From Octopus sinensis (Eukaryota): a stretch of 64,000 nucleotides of DNA. Where the stretch lies: positions 30,442,001 to 30,506,000 of the forward strand of contig NC_043003.1 in NCBI RefSeq assembly GCF_006345805.1, given 5' to 3'. Position 1 is the first letter of the stretch, and each line of letters starts with the position of its first letter. Made by a program: the position numbers and the translations under genes. A model generated the notes under the pieces. The model saw only the letters and a list, made by a program, of their open reading frames with translations, did no database searches and was not told the origin of the DNA. This document shows, piece after piece, positions 57,440-64,000 of the stretch.

Positions 57440-57900
57440 ACAACTCTTTATTGATAAGAGGTAGTTTTATTCCTATGCGATCAAGGACACTTCCGGTTTA
57501 TTCTTGACTTTGCTGTGTTCGTTTATATTGTAGATATATTATTATTTCTTTATACATATTTACATTGTATGAGTAATAATTAAGTACTGATTGTAATTAA
57601 CTTAAGACATAATTCATTAACCAGACTAAGACAGAGATATCCTGAATGAAGTAAAAAGTTCTGTCCAGTTTATCAATTTCAAGTTTGACCACTTCAATTG
57701 TCTCATCTTATAGCTACATTTTTATGTAAGCATGATTTATATTTAATTTACGTCATTTTATTGAAAGATCTCTTTTATATTTACATTTCTACTTCCTCCA
57801 CTACTTCTGTTTCCTACAGGATCCTACTTTCTTTTATTTACTTCTTTCTTGTGTATTTCATCTAAACACCGTAATTAATTCGAATTTCTGGAAATTACTA
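57440..57900 (+). promoter_or_regulatory. Conserved upstream module of ZNF5: donor-like GAG|GTAGTT at 57461 and ETS motif (57489-57496)
   Basis: Paralogous to the four other modules. Confidence 0.6.
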
Positions 57901-58399
57901 ATATTTACGGACGTAACCAAACAGCTTTTGCTAAACGGTGGCGGAACAAACATAGACACAAACACACATACTTTTCTGTACTTTGCAGCTATTGCACAAA
58001 TCGTTAGGCTTGCTTACTCAGTATTAACTGCAAAAATAAGCTCAAATTTTGGTAATGTGCTATACGTTCTGTCTCACTTTTAAATTGTATATATTATCAT
58101 CATTTTCTTTTAACGTCCACTTTTTTCAAAGCTTACATGGCTCACACAAAATGTGTTGAAGTAGATTTTATACGGCCGGATAGGTAATCTTTCAACATTT
58201 GGTGGTTAAATAAGTAAATTAAAGGGGAGATAATTAGGTTATCGTTCTTTTCATCGAAATCATTCTCCAAAATAGGTTCTCATTGTTTACTTACACTGAA
58301 ATATATTCTCCCATTCTTTACTTTCGAAATGGCACGTGGAAGACCAGCTGCACGGCAATTCATTGTTCCTAAATTTGAAGTCCTCAACCCTGAGTCAAT

Positions 58400-58775
58400 T
58401 TTGTAAATTAAGTAAAGCAGAAGACAAAATTCTTCAGTGGCTGGCACGTCGTCGACTAATTATGAATATGTAAATTTGGGAAAATTGTAATTGATTATGT
58501 GGCCTCACTACATGTGGTGACTGTATGAATGTAAAAACCTATGTCTGTAAGCTCTGTAAAAGGAAGAAATCAATTCGTCACTGTTCATTCTTCGAAAGAA
58601 GCCATATTTCATTCTACAAGTGTTGCTCATTTATTGTCGGGCACGCGATATGTCACAAGAAGATATTATGAATGAGTGTTCATTGACAACCGACTACTGC
58701 AGTAGATTTGTGTAATTTTTGCCGTGAAGTCTGTGATATATGACTTCAGCAAAACCCAGTGGAACCAAAGAATAC
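58400..58775 (+). mobile_element. Merlin-like transposase N-terminal fragment
   Basis: ILQWLARRRLI, KSIRHCSFFERSHIS and AVDLCNFCREVC resemble the Merlin SIR-x-SWF and VDWYNFCREVC motifs. Confidence 0.6.
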
Positions 58776-59094
58776 TTTTGTTAACTTTTTGTTGGTTCTA
58801 GCCAATGTTTACGTTGTTTAACAGTAAGTTGACTTATTTATCTCCCCTTCTTATTTCCCATTTCTTTTTTATCACTTTAATTACCAGATACAGAAAGATT
58901 ACCGGCCGGATATTATTGCTGTTGCAAACCATCTCTTTCCAAGCAGTCAAATTTCCCCAAGGCCAAACATGTCTTTCACGGAAGACGAAGTTCACTCATG
59001 TGAGAATGATGCCTGTTTATAATCACATAATCTCAAGAGCAGGAATGATATATAGACACTCACACACAAATATACAACTGGCTTCTTTCAGTTT

Positions 59095-59205
59095 CCATTC
59101 ACTTGCCCAAAGGGTTGTCTAATAGGAGTGAAACAGAGATGCCATGCAAAGGAAGTGAACCCAAGACCTTGTGAGTTTGAAAATAGACTTCTGAACCACA
59201 GCTAT
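59095..59205 (-). mobile_element. tRNA-derived SINE fragment
   Basis: Partial reverse-complement similarity to 27428-27560. Confidence 0.45.
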
Positions 59206-59561
59206 ATACTGTTTACTTTTTTCAATCCAAGTGTGAAGTAATCTGTTTTAGATCTATTATGGTGTAGATAGTAAGGAAGATGAGAACAAGTGATGTAGAC
59301 TGAGAGCAACAACCAAAGTTTGGGGTGAATGTAGTAATCAGTTTTGCAGTTATTGTGGGGTACATATGTATCTTTGGTGCCTTGGATCAAGTGGAGGATT
59401 AAATGATTTTTGAATGTTTTTAGACCAAACTATTGTGACCTGTAGTCATCTGTGTCTTTATGCCAAGATGCACTTCATTGTGTCTTTTGCCTTTACATAT
59501 ATGTTTTGGCTGTTTCTAGTTATTCCAATAATCTTTATGTTAATACTTCATTGTCCCTAAT

Positions 59562-59586
59562 GTATGATGTTGCATTTCTATTTCAG
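59562..59586 (+). promoter_or_regulatory. Putative splice acceptor of the ZNF5 coding exon (exon starts at 59587)
   Basis: gcatttctatttcag|gttatctgatg. Confidence 0.7.
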
Positions 59587-59959
59587 GTTATCTGATGACA
59601 TTGAAATAAAAATATTTCACTGATGAGAATCAACCTTTTAAGAATAGAAATAACTTAATCAATCTGAAGTCAGCCCATTTTGGCAACGCTTGATTTAATG
59701 GATGAGAAAAACTTGCTTGCAATTTAGATTGTGCAAAAATTTTTACTCTGTTATTTATTGAAAGATTCTATGTACAGATTAAACTTTGAAGATATGTCTT
59801 GTGCACCGGATATATTTCTTTAAGTGGAGCAGATTTAGCAATCTTTTGGTCATTGGATATTGGTTACTAGATTCAATCCTAATAAATCTACTTGAGATTC
59901 TTTAACAGCAAAAATATCATCACATTTTGTTAAAGATATAAGAAAAAAGATTAAAAGAT

Positions 59960-62041
59960 ATGGAAAAAAATGCAGAGCCTGAAACTATTGATTCCCCTAC
60001 TCATCACACAGAGGAAAATACAGAAGAGAAATTGCATTCATGTGATTCACGTGAGGAATTATTCACAAGAAAGGATTTAATTCAGCATCAGTCAATTCAC
60101 TCAGTCTCAAAGCTGTATAACTGTGAAGTTTGTGGAAAGACATTTACAAGCAGTACTTTGTTGACTAGCCACAAAGATATCCACAATGGAGAAAAATTAT
60201 ACCAATGTTACATGTGTGATGAAAAGTTTTCAACAAAGGACAATTTGTCATCTCACACATGTATTCAAACGGCAGAAAGACCATACCGCTGTGATATCTG
60301 TGGTAAAACATTTTGTAGAAGTGGTCAGTTATCTTCCCATAAATTTATTCATTCTGGAGAGAGACCATACCATTGTGATATCTGTGGTCAAACATTTTGT
60401 AGAAGTGGTCAATTGTCTTCCCATAAACATATTCATTCAAGGGAGAGACCATACCATTGTGATATCTGTGGTCTAACATTTTCTAGTAGTGGTCATTTGA
60501 TTAACCACAAACGCATCCACACTGAAGAAAGGCCATACAACTGTGATATTTGTGATAAAACATTTTCTAGAATTAGTGAATTATCTTCCCACAAACGTAT
60601 TCACATGGGTGAAAGACAATACCGCTGTCATATCTGTGACAAAATATTTTCTAACAGAACTGATTTGTCTTCTCATAAGCATATTCACTCAGGAGGACGA
60701 ATATACCACTGTGATATCTGTGATAAAACATTCTCTCAAAGAGGTATTTTATCTCAACATCAGCGCATTCATACAGGAGAGAAACCATACCAGTGTGATA
60801 TTTGCAATAAAAAATTTTCTTCAAATAGTAATTTGTCCTCCCACAAACGTACTCACACTGGCGAAAGACCCTACAGTTGTGATTTCTGTGGTAAAAGTTT
60901 CCCTCGACGTGCACATTTATTTCAACACAAGAATACGCACACAAGAGAAAAACATTTTCATTGTGATATTTGTAATAAAATGTTTTCTTCGGAACAGTAT
61001 TTCACTCGACACAAATGTATTCGTACAGAAGAGAAATCACATTCATCTGGAGAATTATTCGAAAGAAAGGATTTAATTCAGCATCAGTCAATTCACTCAG
61101 TCTCAAAGCTATATAACTGTGAAGTTTGTGGAAAGACATTTACAAGCAGTACTTTGTTGACTAGCCACAAAGATATCCACAATGGAGAAAAATTATACCA
61201 ATGTTACATGTGTGATGAAAAGTTTTCAACAAAGGACAATTTGTCATCTCACACATGTATTCAAACGGCAGAAAGACCATACCACTGTGATATCTGTGGT
61301 AAAACATTTTCTAGAAGTGGTCAGTTGTCTTCCCATAAATATATTCATTCAAGTGAGAGACCATACCATTGTGATATCTGTGGTCTAACATTTTCTAGTA
61401 GTGGTCATTTGATTAACCACAAACGCATCCACACTGAAGAAAGGCCATACAACTGTGATATTTGTGATAAAACATTTTCTAGAATTAGTGAATTATCTTC
61501 CCACAAACGTATTCACTTGGGTGAAAGACAATATCGCTGTCATATCTGTAATAAGATATTTTCTAAAAGAACTGATTTGTCTTCTCATAAACATACTCAC
61601 TCAGGAGGACGAATATACCACTGTGATATCTGTGATACAACATTCTCTCAAAGTGGAAGTTTGTCTCGACATCAGCGCATTCATACAGGAGAGAAGCCAT
61701 ACCAGTGTGATATTTGTAAGAAAAGATTTTCTACTAGCAGTTGTTTGTCTGCCCACAAACGTACTCACACTGGAGAAAGACCGTACTGTTGTGATATCTG
61801 TGGTAAAAGTTTCACTCAGAGTGCACATTTATTTCAACACAAGCATACTCATTCAGGAGAAAGACAGTTCCATTGTGATATTTGTGGTAAAATGTTTTCT
61901 ACAAATCAAAATTTAGCTCGACACAAATGTATTCGTACAGAAGAGAAAGCATACCACTGTGATATCTGTGATGAAACATTTTCGACTAGGGGTCGTTTAT
62001 CTTCGCACATACGTATTCATACAGGAGAAAGACCATCATAA
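59960..62041 (+). CDS. Poly-C2H2 zinc-finger protein ZNF5, 693 aa, 22 CxxC finger units (18 canonical), internally duplicated
   Basis: Two tandem copies of the ZNF3/4-type array in one ORF. Confidence 0.92.
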   Translation: MEKNAEPETIDSPTHHTEENTEEKLHSCDSREELFTRKDLIQHQSIHSVSKLYNCEVCGKTFTSSTLLTSHKDIHNGEKLYQCYMCDEKFSTKDNLSSHTCIQTAERPYRCDICGKTFCRSGQLSSHKFIHSGERPYHCDICGQTFCRSGQLSSHKHIHSRERPYHCDICGLTFSSSGHLINHKRIHTEERPYNCDICDKTFSRISELSSHKRIHMGERQYRCHICDKIFSNRTDLSSHKHIHSGGRIYHCDICDKTFSQRGILSQHQRIHTGEKPYQCDICNKKFSSNSNLSSHKRTHTGERPYSCDFCGKSFPRRAHLFQHKNTHTREKHFHCDICNKMFSSEQYFTRHKCIRTEEKSHSSGELFERKDLIQHQSIHSVSKLYNCEVCGKTFTSSTLLTSHKDIHNGEKLYQCYMCDEKFSTKDNLSSHTCIQTAERPYHCDICGKTFSRSGQLSSHKYIHSSERPYHCDICGLTFSSSGHLINHKRIHTEERPYNCDICDKTFSRISELSSHKRIHLGERQYRCHICNKIFSKRTDLSSHKHTHSGGRIYHCDICDTTFSQSGSLSRHQRIHTGEKPYQCDICKKRFSTSSCLSAHKRTHTGERPYCCDICGKSFTQSAHLFQHKHTHSGERQFHCDICGKMFSTNQNLARHKCIRTEEKAYHCDICDETFSTRGRLSSHIRIHTGERPS

Positions 62042-62170
62042 CATTAAGATTTCTGTTATAAAGCCATTGTCACAAAGTAGTTTATTTTCACAAAAATATA
62101 TTTACTGAGGGGAAAGAGAGACCATACCTTTGTGATATCTACTGTGAAACGAGAGGAAATTTTTACTCAC

Positions 62171-62228
<58 letters not shown>
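62171..62228. repeat. Compound (TA)n(TG)n(TA)n microsatellite
   Basis: Direct reading. Confidence 0.92.
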
Positions 62229-62229
<1 letters not shown>

Positions 62230-62303
62230 GCATACTCACATAGGAAATAAACCATAGCCATATATATTGTAAAATTTTTTTTTTAACTAACAGCATATTT
62301 TAT

Positions 62304-62309
62304 AATAAA
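62304..62309 (+). terminator. Candidate polyadenylation signal AATAAA; paralogous copies at 20412-20417, 37964-37969 and 50702-50707
   Basis: Same position in all four plus-strand genes; AT-rich context makes chance occurrence possible. Confidence 0.4.
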
Positions 62310-62638
62310 TGTATTTTGTTAACACAACACTGTGATAACAATGTTTTATATCCTTTATTTCATACTAACAGTTTAACTTAGACTGCATTACATTCATTAT
62401 ATACACTGTTTGACCAGGTGAATATTTCATAGTTATTGTTACTGTTAACAACCTGCAAAAACATCCCTACCTACTTTGTATACCTTCATTTCTACACATA
62501 TCCTCTTATATTGAACATAATAATATCCACTGTTAAACTACACGTAAAGTTATGCTTTATCGTCTTTAGATTCGTAAACTATTGACCATTCCTTCAAATT
62601 TAAACTTGTTTGCTTCTCAGTATATCTTTACTATTTAC

Positions 62639-64000
62639 CATCATCATCGTTTAACGTCCGCTTTCCATGCTAGCATGGGTTGGACGGTTCAACTGGGGTC
62701 TGGGAAGCCCGAAGGCTGCACCAGGCCAGTCAGATCTGGCGGTGTTTCTACAGCTGGATGCCTTCCTAACGCCAACCACTCCGTGAGTGTAGTGGGTGCT
62801 TTTTATGTGCCACCGATACAGGTGCCAGACAAGGCTGGCGAACAGCCACGCTCGGATGGTGTTTTTTACGTGCCTCTGGCACGGAGGCCAGGCGGGGCTG
62901 GCACGGCCATGATCAGATGGTGTTTGTTACGTGCCACCAGCACGGAGGCCAGTCGATGCGGTGCTGGCTACAGCCACGTACGAATGGTTCTCTTATGTGC
63001 CACCGGCACTGGTACCACAAACTACAAATTCCATTGATGTGGATTGATTTTGATTTTCACTTGCCTCAACAGGTCTTCACAAGTAGAGTTATGTGTCCCA
63101 AGAAGGAAGGTATGCACAGGTGGACTGACTACGTCCCAGGTAGGGGCCACGGGTTATAGCCTCACTTGTCCTGCCGGGTCTTCTCACACACAGCATACTT
63201 CCAAAGGTCTCGGTCTCTGGTCATTTCCTCGGTGAGACCTAAAGAGCAAAGGTCGTGTTTCACCACCTCATCCCAGGTTTTCCTGGGTCTACCTCTTCCA
63301 CAGGTTCCCTCACCACTAGGGTGCGGCACTTTTTCACACAACTATCTTCATCCATTCTTACCACATGTCCATACCAGCGTAGACGTCTCTCTTGCACACC
63401 ACATCTGATGCTTCTTAGGTCCAACTTTTCTCTCAAGGCACTTATACTCTGTCAGGTATGAACACTGACATTACACATCCATCGGAGCATACTGGCTTCA
63501 TTTCTTGCGAGCTTACACATATCCTCAGCAGTCACGGCCCATGTTTCACTGCCATGTAGCATGGCTGTTCATACACAAATGTGTCATACAGTCTGCCTTT
63601 TACTCTGAGCGAGAGGCCTTTTGTCACCAGCAGAAGTAAGAGCTCTTTGAACTTTGCCCAGGCTGTTCTTACTCTAGCAGTTACACTTTCGGCACACCCA
63701 CCCCCACTACTGACTTGATCACCTAGATAACAGGAACTATCAACTATTCCTAGTTTTTCTCCCTGGAATGTGGCGGAAGACGGTCTCTGCGCATTTTCAG
63801 TGTTTATTGCACCAGAGCATCTGCCACATACAAAAACTATATTCCTAGTTAGCCTTCCTTTGACATTGCTGCACCTCTTATGTGTCCATAGCTTACACTT
63901 GGTGCATCTTATAGAGTTCCTACCTACGCCTTTTCTACAGATCAAGCAGGGCCATCTACCTGAAGGCGTTTGAGATTTGTCTACCTTCCTACTTATTAGG
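62639..64000 (-). mobile_element. RTE LINE 3' part, running off the window, with a PHD-type finger in ORF2
   Basis: (CAT)n tail inserted at a catca site that is empty in paralogs (about 51075, 20808); C4HC3 motif at 63817-63948; YLGDQV and GLSLRVKGRLY motifs. Confidence 0.88.

Overview
AT-rich animal genomic DNA, most likely a coleoid cephalopod (Octopus-like). This assignment is inferred from the SINE and RTE repeat families and the clustered C2H2 genes, not from a database search. The window holds a tandem cluster of five intact poly-C2H2 zinc-finger genes, each with its whole ORF in one exon: ZNF1 (-, 14 fingers), ZNF2 (+, 12), ZNF3 (+, 11), ZNF4 (+, 11) and ZNF5 (+, 22). One decayed ZNF array lies head-to-head with ZNF1. 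None of the proteins has a recognisable KRAB, SCAN, BTB or ZAD domain. All five genes share a paralogous upstream module (AG|GT or AG|GC donor-like site followed 23-28 nt later by an ETS-type ACTTCCGG) and a conserved TTCAG|G acceptor 296-410 nt before the ATG. Intergenic and intronic DNA is packed with transposon copies and fragments: tRNA-type SINEs, RTE, CR1, Tx1/L1, Penelope, mariner, maT-like, Tigger, pogo, hAT, Merlin, Helitron, and piggyBac-like and foldback MITEs. Top leads: (1) fingers 6-10 vary at base-contacting positions between recent paralogs while fingers 1, 2, 5 and 11 are invariant; (2) ZNF5 is an in-frame head-to-tail fusion of two arrays joined at a 13-bp microhomology; (3) a young CR1 LINE has an AUG-less ORF2 overlapping ORF1 in the -1 frame at a correctly phased G_GGA_AAC slippery site; (4) a 2.1-kb foldback element lies in the putative ZNF4 intron. 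Repeat boundaries were read by eye and are approximate unless a TSD or TIR is quoted.
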